64,000 nucleotides of DNA, taken from the NCBI GenBank assembly GCA_013239625.1, contig MU054212.1, positions 2,914,001 to 2,978,000 on the forward strand. The letters are read 5' to 3'. The position numbers were made by a program, and so were the translations under genes. The stretch is from Lama guanicoe. Its lineage: Eukaryota. Within the stretch, counting starts at the first letter, position 1. The number at the start of each line of letters is the position of its first letter. Positions 1 to 12,657 of the stretch are shown here, piece by piece. The notes below the pieces were generated by a model. That model saw only the letters and a program-made list of their open reading frames with translations. It was not told the origin of the DNA and searched no databases.

Positions 1-37
1 GTAATTTTACTGTCTCCATAGAGAGGCTCCAGCGTGC
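1..37 (-). pseudogene. Exon relic running off the window edge (G-TLEPLYGDSKI...)
   Basis: Acceptor gcacttacag; phase-1 frame open to position 1. Confidence 0.5.
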
Positions 38-129
38 CTGTAAGTGCGTGTGTGTTTTTCTTAAGAACAATTGTACAGGGTCATGGAACATACAATATTT
101 ATTCAAAGCAAGCCAAAAGGAAACCTCAC

Positions 130-200
130 CAAACATCAGAAGGAAAAAGAGATACTTGTACCTGTATCCTAGAATGATATGATCATGAGAGTCAGGTCTT
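130..200 (-). pseudogene. Exon relic (RPDSHDHIILGYRYKYLFFLLMF-G)
   Basis: Acceptor ctaactttttag, open frame, donor TTG|GTGAGG; phase 2 to phase 1. Confidence 0.6.
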
Positions 201-548
201 CTAAAAAGTTAGACCAACTTGTCTTGAAAGAGTAGCTATTTGGGGAGTAGATGAGAGGAGAGGAGGTGAGGAATTCATTACTATTGGTATGATCCTTTGA
301 AGATGAAGACGGCCAGGTGAGGGTGCTAAGTATCGGATTACTATGTAATTAGGGATCAGATCTGTTCCAGATCATCTGCATCTCTGGCAGAGTCTCACTG
401 AATCTTTGCAAACAATTGAATTCTTTCATTCATAACCTTTCCCTTCATCTGAACATGGTTCCAAGGGGACCCATCAGAGGGCTTGGATGATCTCATCCAC
501 TGAGTCCAGTTGCCTCTATAGATTATGTTATGGAAATGAAATCTTTAC

Positions 549-1004
549 CTCCCATTCTGTTTTAAAAAACATGAGGAAGCTAGACTCTTTTTGAATATGG
601 AGCAAGACTTTCCAGAATATACTCTGGACCTTAGATCACTGAGAAATAGAGAAAGCCCATCCAGAATGTCCGAAGGTACATTAAAGAGTGTGTCATGCCC
701 AACTGCAAGAAATAAACGTGGATGCCTTTTTCCGGTGACTTTCATTTTGTGGAGAGTGGTTTGAGTCTTCTGAGTCCCAACTTACTTTTTTGAATAAATT
801 AGACTATCTTTAATTTGCTGCTTGATGCTTGTGTGGGGGTAAGCATGCTTTTTTTCCAGAACTTCTTCCCTGTGGGATGTTGCAGTGTTAGTGCCAATTT
901 TTTTTTTCCCCCAGAAGATGGAACAGTCAGGTTTAGTACTGAGGATTAACTCAGCAGTGGTCGCTAAACTCTTTGAAATCATTAGATGAAAGGCAAAATT
1001 AGAT
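549..1004 (-). pseudogene. 456-nt exon relic with a single internal stop
   Basis: ORFs 782-982 and 545-745 are in the same frame, separated only by TAA 784-782. Phase-2 start matches the previous exon; donor GAG|GTAAAG. Confidence 0.6.
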
Positions 1005-2559
1005 CTGCATTAAGTACACATGTCATTGCTGTTTTTGTTATTATTGTGGGAATTGGCCATTCAGAGTATTTTTTTACTGAACAATTTTCTCTCTGGATTT
1101 CTGACATCTTAAGTTCTATTGAGGAAAGATACATTTCTTTCACAAGTACTCTTTGTATTTAGTACTGCAAATAGCTTTGGATCTTAGTAGAGTCTGAACC
1201 CTTTCCCTGTGGGATACAGTCCATCTCTTTCTTCATTTCCTTCCCAGTCCCTAACATAAACCCAAGCACATAGTAGGGACCTGCAGCCGCGGGTTGAACT
1301 GAGTTGAATCGAATGGCTTGCCGTTTTGAAATGTGATCCAATAGCTGTAACTAAATATTGTTTCCTCTTCCACTAAGTCAACTCAGAGTTTTGGCACTTT
1401 AAACCATGTTTCTTCCTGAAATTCCAATTTTCAAGGCTTCCTGCTCTGCCCCGGGACCCCAGCACTGTGTCTGCGGGCTGGGTAGGGAAGTAGGAAGCTG
1501 GATGCCATCAGGACAGCCCAGGCTCCTGCCCTGTGTTTTCCCTGGCTGCACATCCTACCGCATCAGGTCCACACCTGCACGGCAGAGGCACCTGACCAGT
1601 TCCACCGCGCTCCTTCTGGCTGTCCTAAAACAAACCAACAAAAGCTTGCCACTCTGGGTGCGCTGCCAGACTCTGGGTTGGTTAACAATTCACCGAGAAA
1701 GACGGCTCTGAAATTGTTCCTGCCTACAGAGCGTGAGGGTGGGGATATATAGAGATTTCCAACTTGACGAAGCCTGAATTTACATTTTGGGGAGGGAGCT
1801 TGTTCCCGGAGCATCTGCAGGAACATTCTGCTTGGAGCAGCCTGTGTGCCATGAGGCTGGCACTTGGAGGTTCAACTTGACTCTGCAGGCTCTGTGGTCT
1901 GATCCCAAAGGCACAGCCCACACAACTGGCATTTCCCCTGTGGGCTTGGAGAATTTTAGACAATAATCCCCAAGCTCTGTATTGGAAGCAAGATTTGAAG
2001 GGGAGATGATGGGGTTGTGAGGAAGCCATCTGTTCCTTTCCACCCAGAAGTCTGTGCCCCTATGTCCTCCGGCTGGTCAGGCATCAGCTTTGAGGTTAAT
2101 GCCACAAAAGGCTGCTTCCTGAGACACGAGAACAAGGGATGGCTTTCCCTGCTTGCAGGAGGCTCGCTGGGAACCAGAGAAGAAGGGAGCTGACTCTGAG
2201 GGTCTCCTGCAAACCTCTCTCTCCCAGTAGAGTTCAAATGCTGATGTATTCCACAAAATATTTTTAAAGAGCTGTATCCAAACATTAATGTCTCTCGAAT
2301 TGGATGGTTTCTGCTCATCTCTATGTAAAGATAAGACATTTCCAGGCATTTCCCATTGTTTCAAGAAATGTGAAATGAATTCTAACATTGAAATTGGCAA
2401 ATTATTTACATACAAATTATATAACTACCACCCTGGAATCTATTTGCAAACTGAGCATGTTTTCTTGAGAGTCAGGGGGTAGAGTTAGGGGTGATGAGAG
2501 GGAACTTCTGTTCTTCTAGAGAACAATCTAGTAAAATCTCCTTTTAAAATGCCACCATA

Positions 2560-2800
2560 TCAGGTGAAATAGGGGAAGGGGATTAGGAGGATACATACTT
2601 CCAGTTATAAAAGAAATAAGTCTTGGGAGGCAATGTACAGCATGAGGAATATAGTCAGTAGTGTGGTAATAACTCGGTATGGTGGCAGGTGGTAACTAGA
2701 CTTCTCGTGGTGATCATTTCATAATATATGACAATGTTGGATCACTATGTTGTACACCAGAAACTAATATAATAGTGTATGTCAATTAAAACTTTTAAAA
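2560..2800 (+). mobile_element. L1 3' UTR fragment
   Basis: Typical L1 3' end motifs (acttccagttataaaa..., cactatgttgtacaccagaaactaatata) and an A-rich tail. Confidence 0.8.
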
Positions 2801-3789
2801 AATCCATAGCAAAGAGGAATTGAAGACGATGTTTGAGATTTCTAATCTATGCAAAACAGTTGTCTCTGTGTCTGACCCCACGGAAGAAAACCAACCAGGA
2901 AATGATACATTTTCAGAAAAATACTGTTTATGAAATCAAAATCAAGATAACCAAGGCCTTACTTTCTCAAACATTTGTAGGATTTTAAGTTAGGACGTTT
3001 GGGTCCTTTTCTTCTCTGGCCGTTTGAAAATTCATTCTCTGCCTGTCTCCTCTCTACTTAATTAGGCATGATTCACAGATTCCACAGGTGATGTTAAATG
3101 AAACCCAAGTACAGCAAAAGTAATGTAAGTGGAATTATCCAGGGGAAAAGAGTGGAGGAGTTAACAATACAACTGGACCAGCTTATGCATTTTTAAATGA
3201 TTTTTTTCCTTCAACCTTAAAAAAAAAAAAGAAAAAAGGTAGGTAGGTGGGATGTAAAGGCAGTCCATTTATATAACTGTTGCATCTAGAACCATTTCAC
3301 TGTAGGACAATACAAGTGAAAAATAGAGTAGCAAACAGGATCCATTGAGAGCTTAATCAAGGCCAACACCAGGTTTGCTCCCTGTTAATTCATAACTAAT
3401 TTGCTGCTACCCATACACTTTTGAGGCTGAACTCAGTTGATTGGAAGCTGAATCCTGAAAGCCCTGAGAGCTTCTTTTGCCAAATGGACCTTTGTTGGTA
3501 CTGCTGAAAAAACCAAAAAACCAAAAATACATCTGCATTCCTAATGTATCTTCCTTGTCAAGTATGCAATGTTATTTTTTCTTTTCTTTCTTTCTTTCTT
3601 TTTTCTAAAATGACATAAAAATTTGCTTTGGGTTGCGGGGAGGGAGAGGAATTACTGTTGAGCATTTAAAAAAGGCAATCAGCCTGTAATTAATCCTACC
3701 CCCACTGAATAAGCAGCATTTTATCATAGGGACCAGACCAGATGAGCCGAGGCACCTTTAATGGTATGTAATTGACCTTTGCAGGATGT

Positions 3790-4000
3790 GTTAAGAGTTT
3801 ACAAAGCACTTTCGTATGTTTTATCTCATCTAAACGTCACAACAGAGTGAAGGCGTGCTATTGTTAGTCCCCACTTGGCACAGAAGAAGGCCGAGGCAGA
3901 GAGCTTTTAAACAGTGTGCCCTGAAATGACTCTACCCAGGTATTAGGATGCAGTGAACCCGGTCCTTCGATCCCAAATCCTGTATTCCTTCACTACTACA
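3790..4000 (-). mobile_element. MIR SINE
   Basis: Reverse MIR core (tttacaaagcactttc...atctcat...cacaac...gaggcagagag). Confidence 0.6.
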
Positions 4001-4350
4001 GCTACCACCCAAAAATTACAGCACCCAAAGGGGCTCGGAGAAATAAGCTTGGTGCTTTGAGCAGAGCTTCACACAGTAACTGATAAAAACCCACTCAGAT
4101 CTTTCCTTGCCTGACAATTCACAGCCCAAATGTCATGGAAAAGAAACGCTTCCTGCCTCTCTCGCCTTTCTCCCGCCCCCAACACTCTTCTCTTCAATTC
4201 AGGCTGTCAGATTCTTCTTGCAAAGCATCTGAGACTCAAATCAGGGGAGGAGAGGGCACTGTGGCAATGACAACTAGACTGTTACATTAATTGTTGAGGG
4301 GGAAGTAGGGACACAGATTATCCACAAAGAACAGAAAATTCCCAGCTCAC

Positions 4351-4421
4351 CTCTGGTTATGAAATAATTCATCTAACTTGATCTTAACCCTCTCCTGGTT
4401 CATACTTCCTGAAATCACTGA
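4351..4421 (-). pseudogene. Exon relic (SVISGSMNQERVKIKLDELFHNQ-R)
   Basis: Donor GAG|GTGAGC, phase 0 to phase 2. The acceptor could alternatively be near 4499. Confidence 0.55.
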
Positions 4422-5442
4422 CTGGAACTTGGTTTTAGACAGAAAGACACATTGCTTATAAAGTTATTCACTCACAGATAATTGAGTAATATAGTGTCTG
4501 AGAAACTAAATTGATTAGATATTGGCGGTGGATTAACAAAAACATCATGGAGATTTGGCACCAAGGCCAACCAAAGTCCTGTGCAAGTTACAATGCTGGG
4601 GGAAGCCAAGGGCCCATGAGTAAGAACAGACAATTCCTGCGCCGTAAGAATTTAACTTCTCCACAACCAAAGATCCTTGACAGCAGTATTGAGAAAAGAC
4701 ATATTAGTAAAATCATTGACCCACAATGCCAGCAAGGCTGTACTCACATGCTAGGTAGTAAACAACTAAGTTCCAAACAGGATGAACTAAATACGCTTTG
4801 GAACAACCCAGGTGGACTTCATGGAGGCGGGAAGGTCTCTGTGTTACCCTTCGGGGAAGTGTTTGCTCAGGCTCTTACAGTTCTCATACTGGGGAATGAC
4901 ACAGAGGAAGCTGTGTTCTGGGAATATTAATTTTGTAAGAATGTGCAGACATTCTGGAGGAGAAAGATGCTTTAGAGAAGCAGAGATGCAGAAGGGCAAA
5001 ATCTGAGGACCATTACAAGGAGCGGCTTCTAGAACAGACTATTGATGAGAAGGAATCCAATGAAAACATCCTCGTTGGGGGGACAGGGCCACAGTGAGTG
5101 CTCGCCCTAATTTATTATGTGACCTCCGTCTTCAGGCAAATAATCGAGCCTTTCTGGACTTCTTTTGAAAATGACTAAGTTACCTTCTTTCTCTGACGTG
5201 GAAGAATTCTGTGATTCTGGCGATTCAGACCTTGGGGACAGGGAAAATGGTGCTTCACTTGACTGAAATGAGCAAATCTGGAAAGAGGCTTCTCATCAGG
5301 GGGACTTGTAACTCCATTCTGTCTGAGAATACGCCAGTTTTACTATGTTATAACTCCATTACTTTCTGAGGACATCCCTGTAAACTCTGACATGTAGCTC
5401 CGTTTCTGTGTGGGGACGACTCAGTCACAGACAGCTCCTTAC

Positions 5443-5652
5443 CCTGCCGGGATGCCTTAATCATCCTCTGAGTACAAGTCCATTATTCTGCGAAGATGTC
5501 CAGTCATACTCTGGGTATAAGTCCATTACTGTCTGAGTGGGCTCCGGGTACCACCATGGCTCCCAGAATATTTTGCCAGATGAAATTTCCAAATTCTTTG
5601 CTTCTCTTGCTAGTAATGATAAACTGTTTTTACTGTTAAATATCCATTGCAT
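5443..5652 (-). pseudogene. Exon relic (MQWIFNSK...FWEPWWYPEPTQTVMDLYPEYDW...LRG*LRHPGR)
   Basis: AG at 5654-5653, donor AGG|GTAAGG, 210 nt, phase 0-0, one TGA. Confidence 0.6.
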
Positions 5653-6288
5653 CTAAATTTTCCCAGCTTTCTTTTTACAGAACATAAGGGCTCAAGAGTA
5701 AATTTCCAAGTAACCACTGAGTGTGAAAAAAAAAAATTCTCTCACTAGTCCTAGGGCAAGGACTGAGTCCCATTCATTTTTGCATTAACAGGAACCAGTG
5801 TTGTCCCTTGCACATACTAGGCCAGGAAGTGTATGTCGTTGAATGAATGAATAAGTAAATGATTGACAGAGATCCAATATTCCAGACTTTGGGAAAACTG
5901 ACATAGCCTTAACGAAAAGAGGAGAACTAATCAAGAACACTCCATGTCGCAGTTTTTAAAAATGCCCACATCTGAATTAAAAAGCTAGTGTTACATATAA
6001 GTGATCTGGAATCATTTACAGAGATCACGCATATTAACTGGCAGTCATAATATAGCCCATTTCAAACAGACATTCCCTAAGGAACAGAAAAAAAATCACC
6101 GGATAGCAAATGTAAGCTTTGCTACAACGCACCTAGATAGATAATGTTCCATACTGTCTTTTTAAACAAGGGCACTGAAGTGTTTGGTGTAGTTGCCACG
6201 GAGAACAAATTACCTCCCTGAGTGAGTTTACACTGAATGCAAAATGGTAGACGGTACTTAATCCTGCAACCATTTAAAAAAATCTAAC

Positions 6289-6545
6289 CTCATGCCAGTG
6301 GTAAGCTTTTTTATTCTTAGCTGGTGGTGCCATTAAAGAATAGCAAATGAGATTTCTCTCCGGGTGAGAAATCTGCCTCAGGTAATTCAAAGAGAGTGAC
6401 ATCACAGGCATGGGGTACAAACTAGTGCGAGAGTCAGATCTTACCAAGTCCTCTTCCTTGGTTTTGGGTGGTGTTTTAGAAGGGCCAGAGTTAGCAGAGG
6501 GGCTGACGGAGGTCACGTCGGGGTGACTGGGACAGCACGGTGCTC
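6289..6545 (-). pseudogene. Exon relic (APCCPSHPDVTSVSP...KNKKAYHWHE)
   Basis: Open 85-codon frame (ORF 6274-6516 extended) with donor GAG|GTTAGA in phase 0. The true acceptor may lie further upstream (about 6867). Confidence 0.55.
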
Positions 6546-7035
6546 CTATTAAAACTTCTCAGGGCGTGGGGTCACGACACCAGGGGAGGTGCTTAGCTGC
6601 TTCTGGGGGCAGGAACTGCGAAGGGGGATGTGGAAGGACATGGACGAGCCTCTTGGGGCAGGGCTGCCAAACACTCCAGTTTTCTTCCGTCTAAAATGCC
6701 TTTCAGTCAACCTTGCTGCACTTGTTTATTCAGGAATTGCCCAGCACGCTGGAGAACCCTGAGATACCAAATAAAGCAGATCAGTCTGGGCGAGGAATTC
6801 CCATGTATGTTGATTAGAGTAAATTCAATTTCAAGACGGTTGTCATCTCAGATCAGATGGAGCGAATCTGGAATTGAAACAGTGCTGGAAAAGCTCAGGC
6901 AAACCAAGGCCCTCCTCAAAACAGCTTAGGTTTGGAGGAAATGATTTTATTCTATCTTAAATACATTACTAAGTTAAAGGCGGATTGTCTAAGACACAGA
7001 CCCTGTAAATGTACTCTTAGCTGATTCATAGATAC

Positions 7036-7980
7036 CAGTGGTTCTAACCCTATCAGACCCAATGCCTTCTTTTCATAACAAATATCTGGTAATTCCTCCT
7101 TACTGCTTTGCAACACAATTCATCGATAATATACCCTATCTACACACAGACTCAAAAATCATCATACTTGGGGTACTAGCGTAGTCACATTCATAGAGAC
7201 AGAAGGTAGAACAGTGTAGCCAGGGTGCAGGGGAAGGAGAGAAGCAGAGTTGTTTAATGGGCGTAGAGTTTCACTTTTGCAAAATGAAAAGAGTTTTATG
7301 GTAAGGGTTGCACAATGGGAGCATATTTAATACCACTGAACTGTAAACTTAAACGTGGTTAAGACAATAAATATTATGTTATTCCTATTTTACCACAGTT
7401 TAAAAAAATCATTATATTGACCTACTTGTAACGTAAAAGAGAGAAAAAGGGGAAGTAATTTCTTTTGGAAGACAAACAACAAAATGTTAATGCCAGCCAC
7501 AACTATGCTAGAAAACGTAAGGAGCTGGTTCGAAGCTGGCTACCTACGGAATCACTGTGACGTGAGCGGTGCGGATTTGGCCTGATGTGTGTGTTTCCAG
7601 AGCAGTGATGCTGAGGGTGGCATTTACCAAATGGTGAAAGACTCTTGGGAAGTTCCGCACAAAACAAAGACCAATTTTCTCTGGCAGTACAGGGTAGTTG
7701 CATTTTGGGTAAATTCAGTGCATTTAGAGTCATGCAAAGATACATTGTGTTCATATGTTAAAAAAAATCGGATCCCTAGGTAGTTATAAAGCAGGTTTTT
7801 CACTTATATATTGGGTTGTGAAGGACACAGGGTATGTCTTTGTGGTCCCAGACTGTTCATAGCACTGCGGGACATCTCCCATCCCTGGCCCTTGCCAACC
7901 AAATACCAGTAGTACCCACAGCCCTTGCAACAACCAAAAGTTCCCCCAAATTTCATCATGCCCCTTCTTGAGAGCCACTG
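7036..7980. mobile_element. hAT-Charlie-type DNA transposon relic interrupted by an L1 3' fragment (about 7170-7410)
   Basis: Termini CAGTGGTTCT... and ...TTGAGAGCCACTG; internal L1M-type gtagtcacattcatagagacagaa... Confidence 0.6.
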
Positions 7981-8233
7981 ACAATGCCAACTTTGTGCTC
8001 CAGACCCAGTCACCCTCTCACTGATGCTGTCTCAAGATTTCTCATCCCACTAGGATTTCCTCCTTGGAGCTCATCACTTGCTTGACTTCTATGATCATAA
8101 ATGATAAAATGGCTTTTAACAGTGTTGCCCAATTAGCTGAAAACCCAGTACAGAGAATCTTAAGCAAGGACACTCTACTCTCTACTATGATAAATGCTGA
8201 CAAATAATTGAGCTGATATCAGATATGGATTCT

Positions 8234-8313
8234 GTTACTATTATTTTTCAGTGGAGGTACCGGGGATTGAACCCAGGACCTCATGCATGCTAAGCTACAC
8301 CCTCTCTCCTTAT
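8234..8313 (-). mobile_element. tRNA-derived SINE (Vic-1-like), internally deleted
   Basis: ggaggtaccggggattgaacccaggacctcatgcatgctaagc; flanking atatgg(a/g)ttct TSD-like repeat at 8223-8233 and 8314-8324. Confidence 0.8.
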
Positions 8314-8720
8314 ATATGGGTTCTAAAAATTACCCATGGTGCACGCTGCCATGGGACTCCTCCCCACTGGCCTTCGGGCAAGTGCAGTAACCTGAAGTGC
8401 CTCCAGTCATTTGCGGAAGATAAACTCACATTCAAAATGGGTCCCAGTTAACACACACTTTTACCATAGTCTCTTTACTAAAAAAAAATTCCGTTAATTC
8501 TCAAGAAAGCAAGTGCTCGGAGGGCAAGCCCTCTTCGTTTTCCCGTTTTCTCACAGTGCCTCCCATGTATCTGTAAACCCCAGAAGCACTTGATACATAT
8601 TTATTAAAATGATTTGAATCTGCCCAGGTAAGATATTTATAGTAACTGCCAATACTAAATTAATCCCCCCCCACAAGCTTCACTCCCTCCAGGGAGATAG
8701 AACTTCCATGTACTATTCAC

Positions 8721-8920
8721 TTTCAAGTATGCCATCATCCCACAATCAATGAAGGCAAACATGAGTCAGTCCTGGTGAAGATCAAAACTTCACGAAGCTA
8801 TTCTGGCAGTGATTTCATCGCAGATAAAATGAAGTAACCTGAAATCTGCCGCGTAATTATGTCAGATAGCCTCACGTCATCACTTATTCATTCCCAGGAT
8901 AAAACTATTTCTCCTGGGCC
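8721..8920 (-). pseudogene. Exon relic (GPGEIVLSWE*ISDDVRLSDIITRQISGYFILSAMKSLPE*LREVLIF...)
   Basis: Acceptor cttgtttctggtag, phase-0 continuation with stops. 3' boundary uncertain (AAA|GTGAAT at 8720). Confidence 0.5.
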
Positions 8921-9108
8921 CTACCAGAAACAAGTTTGGCTAAGGCAAGCAAACTCCCAATTATAGTGATATCTTTGCTGTGGAAAAAAAATAATAAACG
9001 TGTAATTAAACTTCGCAGGTGCAACAATCCTGCCACCCCAGACCACGGAGGAAACCTGTGAAATTATCCTGAGTAATTTTCTCTAGTGTAATTTGGAAAT
9101 TAGCCCAC

Positions 9109-9180
9109 CTGGAGACGTAAACCCACAATTTCCTCTGCCACTGTCTTATCACATTTATCTTGTCTTAAACGCTGAGACTC
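9109..9180 (-). pseudogene. Exon relic (ESQRLRQDKCDKTVAEEIVGLRLQ)
   Basis: Strong acceptor cctgtttctttttgcaacag, donor CAG|GTGGGC, 72 nt, open, phase 0-0. Confidence 0.65.
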
Positions 9181-9326
9181 CTGTTGCAAAAAGAAACAGG
9201 TTTGGACACTGAAATCTCAGTAACAGGGTCGAAGATTTCCAAAGTTTGAGTTCCAAGCCCACTGACTTTCTTGGTGGCTTCAAAGACCATAAGAACCAAC
9301 TGAAAGTTCTGCAGGGCATAATCAAC

Positions 9327-9410
9327 CTGCCAGAAAAGCCTTGCCGATCGCGGCAACTTGGATACGCGTGCAGACTTGAAACGCTAAGCGCTTTGCCATG
9401 GCCTGCCTGC
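9327..9410 (-). pseudogene. Exon relic (AGRPWQSA*RFKSARVSKLPRSARLFWQ)
   Basis: Acceptor gtggtttccaag, donor CAG|GTTGAT, 84 nt, phase 0-0, one TAG. Confidence 0.55.
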
Positions 9411-10374
9411 CTTGGAAACCACACGCATGTGTGTCCTGAAGGTGTGTGTGCAAACCGGGCTCAGGAAACAACGCTTGTTAACACCAAGTTCTGCGACCCC
9501 TTGAGCAGAGCCATTTTTAACTTTCCTCTCTGTGTCTTCAGTGGTGGAGGACAGGGCCTGATGGCAAAACCAGAACAAAGAGGCGAGACAGAAAAAGGTG
9601 TGGTCTGTTTTGTTTCTCCAAGTGCCTGTCTGTGTGACTTGGGGAAATGGCTTTCTTAGCCTCAGGCTTGCCATCTGTAAGAGGAGTCTTTATTTGCAAA
9701 AGTGCTTTAGGATCTTCAAAGAGAAGACGCTCAACCATTATGCAAATATTTGCCTGTCTTTTAGGCTGTGCTGGTCATACTGCATCTTGCCCCGACCCCA
9801 GATTTCTCAGGGAGTTTGGATTCCTTGGAAACTTGAGAATTTATCTTCTCTTCCTCAGACCTCCCCAAAGCCTCATGGAACACACCGAGATTGTAGTCAT
9901 CGGAGCTCTTCAAACAGAGCCAAGGGTCAATGCGGCTCTTAACGTCAGCTGTGGTGATATACGGTGTCACTCTGCCATTGGCATGGCTTGCTTGCTTTTA
10001 CTTCGTACACATACTTACACACAAAATACCTACAGAAGCGCACACTCCCTGTCTGCCTTGACACTCATACAGCTGCCCTCCGTTTGGACATCACAGCTTT
10101 CAGGAAGCCTCAGGAACACTGCCCCCCACTTCCCCTCCTCTCTAGGGTAGATGTCCCTTCTTGAGCATTCTGCCTGCACTTAACAGCCAGGTATGGTAAT
10201 TATGTGTTTGTTGTCCTTTGAGCCAATGCCTATGAATTCCCTGAAGGCAAAAGATTGTATTATTTATTGCCCTTTCTCCTGTGATTAGTACAATGCATAG
10301 CCCACGGTAGGAATTCAGTATCTTTCATAAAGGGACGAATGGATATATATGTGTGTACCTATATTAAGGTTTTA

Positions 10375-10483
10375 GGGCAGGAGGCTATAGCTCATTGGTA
10401 GAGCCCATGCTTAGAGTGCAGAGGTCCTGGGTTCAATCCCCGGCACCTCCATTAACAACAACAAAAAACTATTAAAAAAAAAA
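10375..10483 (+). mobile_element. tRNA-derived SINE (Vic-1-like)
   Basis: Pol III A box (tagctcattgg) and B box (ggttcaatccc) followed by an A-rich tail. Confidence 0.85.
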
Positions 10484-11701
10484 GGATTAATGTATTTTTG
10501 CCATTTTCTTGATTTATTCATTTTAATAAATTGTTTTTAAGTTTTCAAGAGTTACAGAGACTCCTGGTAATCATTTCAAATAATTCAGAAGAAAATTAAG
10601 AGGAAAAAATGATTCTCCCATCTCTTTTCACCAATCCCACTCCATTCCTCCGGTGGAAACCATTGTTCAAGCCCTTTCTTTGCACTTATAAACATCTTTA
10701 ATGTATCAGCAAAAATATTTTAAGAAACACAATAGGTTTCTATTTCAGGTATTGTTCTATGTATTGCTTCCCTCTCCCCCCCACCCCGATGGGTAAAATA
10801 TCTCATTCTTGTTTATGTATAAACTCAGAATATTTCTTCTTTGTTTTTTATGAAAATGTTCAATATACTTGTTTTTAAAAAAATCAAACAGTGCAGAAAG
10901 AATAAAATGAAAAGTAAAATCGTCTTTGTCCTTTGCTGGTCTTTTGGCAGGTCCATGCCTCAGAGGCAAACACTTGTAATCTTGCCTCATTGTGTTACGA
11001 CTGGTGGTTATCCCAACAACTCCAAATGACTTCTTGATTTCTCAGCATTAGATAGTATCTCTCAACGCCTTGATAACAGAGTTGAAGAATTCTGTGCTTT
11101 TACTCCGCCCCCTTCCCCCTTCCCTCTCCTGATTTTCCTTCCGTCTTTGTGTTTACTTATTTGAGTGGTTACCTTGATTACCTTATATAAAGTCTTGCTG
11201 CCTGAACCTCAGCCAGCAACCGCTGGTATATTCTGCTGGTGCTTTGTGGATGTTAGAGCATCTGCACTTTTTCTCTCCCTCCGCTCCTTCAAACTTCTCC
11301 CGTCTACGCCATTGCTGTCACGGTCTGCAATATTTATATCTGGACTTTAGCGGTTTCCATTTCTCCTGTGCTCTGCTTCTGTCATCCAAAAATTAGATGA
11401 GGCTTCTTGTCTGTTAGTAACACCTATCTTGTTGTTAGCGTTCTTATAAACCAATTCTTTTCAGGATATCTTGTATTTTTGCTGGGGCTTGGGGAGGTAG
11501 TTAAGTGCTCAGGCTGCCATCTTGAACTGGGCTCTCATGCTTCTTTTGAATGTGGTTATCTCTTTCAGATACATTCATTAGCATTTCTTAACTCTGATTG
11601 CCTGTAAGTACGATTCTGTATGTGATTTGAATTGTCTTGGAATTTGCGGGTTTGGAAAGATGTCAGTCAAGTTGTTATGTCTGTGTCATCACTGTACTTG
11701 C

Positions 11702-11766
11702 CGCAGTTTCCCCTATTTTACACATCTCTGCTTTGCTTCCTAACCAGCAACGACAGTGAAGTTCTT
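11702..11766 (-). pseudogene. Exon relic (Q-ELHCRCWLGSKAEMCKIGETA), GC donor
   Basis: Acceptor attattatttacag, open frame, donor GCG|GCAAGT; phase 1 to phase 0. Confidence 0.6.
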
Positions 11767-12111
11767 CTGTAAATAATAATTATATGTTTGTTCTTCCATA
11801 AATCGCTTGGACAAACTTTGGCAGCATAATGTTGTTTATGAAAGAACTGAACTGGCTTTAATGAAAGTATAGTTACACTAAAATCAAAACTCTATCAAGG
11901 AATTGAAACTGCTCATCTCACCAACTATTGTCACTATTTGTTCTTCTGTCCTGTCTTCCCAAGTAGATAGTGAACTCTCTGAAGAATTACAAAGAGCTTC
12001 TGACACTGCATCTTCTTCTTCTTCTTTTTTTTTTTTTTTAGTTTGTACCTAGCAAAGTGCATGTCATGTAGTTGGTGCTGGATTAGGTTTGCTGAACTGA
12101 ATTGAACCGAC

Positions 12112-12215
12112 GCCAGTAGATTCTCCACCGTAGACTTCTGCGCTCTACGCCATGCAAATAGCAAGACTGTGCCCATTTCTTCCGCAGGTCATTGTATGGA
12201 AGAGGCCTCGAATGC
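12112..12215 (-). pseudogene. Exon relic (HSRPLPYNDLRKKWAQSCYLHGVERRSLRWRIYW)
   Basis: Acceptor gtttctcag, open frame, weak donor GGC|GTCGGT; phase 1 joins the next exon as ...IYWQEL... Confidence 0.6.
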
Positions 12216-12325
12216 CTGAGAAACTCCCTTTTAATCATAATTATACGTGACTTCTCTTCCCCTTCTTAGTGTGCCCGTATTAACTGCAACAGGGAAACTG
12301 ATTTCAATTACAGTGGATGCCTTAC

Positions 12326-12390
12326 CCTTCCAGTTCATCAAATTACACACACACCACTTCCGTGGGGGTGATCCAGTGTAATTCTTACTG
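12326..12390 (-). pseudogene. Exon relic (Q*ELHWITPTEVVCV*FDELE-G)
   Basis: Acceptor ttcatgctccccag, donor AGG|GTAAGG; in this frame the phase-2 end joins the next exon. Confidence 0.55.
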
Positions 12391-12554
12391 CTGGGGAGCA
12401 TGAACAGGGTGCCAATTACTCAAGAAGTGCTCATTAGGAATTAGAAAGCAAATATAATTACCACATGCCAATTGCATAGGAAATAAGAGTGCTTCTCAAC
12501 AAAGCCAGGCTTATTTTATGTGTCCCATATAGCTCCCGCAGGACCTGTCCTTAC

Positions 12555-12589
12555 CTGTTTATTTTATTTTCTTTTAACTCCATCAAATA
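12555..12589 (-). pseudogene. 35-nt exon relic (reading frame ambiguous)
   Basis: Acceptor tttttcttccatgtgtattcag and strong donor CAG|GTAAGG. Confidence 0.55.
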
Positions 12590-12657
12590 CTGAATACACA
12601 TGGAAGAAAAAGACCTCAGAAATAGGAAACACACTACACTGCAAGCTCCTTACTTGC

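Noticed and set aside
22..39. Apparent 18-nt plus-strand microexon (catag|AGAGGCTCCAGCGTGCCT|gtaagt)
   Set aside because: The gtaagt overlaps the complement of the minus-strand acceptor cttacag, which fits the pseudogene exon chain in phase. No other plus-strand exons support it.
6546..6867. Additional pseudogene exon sequence after acceptor ttcaattccag
   Set aside because: Plausible, but it needs stops and a frameshift to join 6289-6545; not supportable without a homologue.
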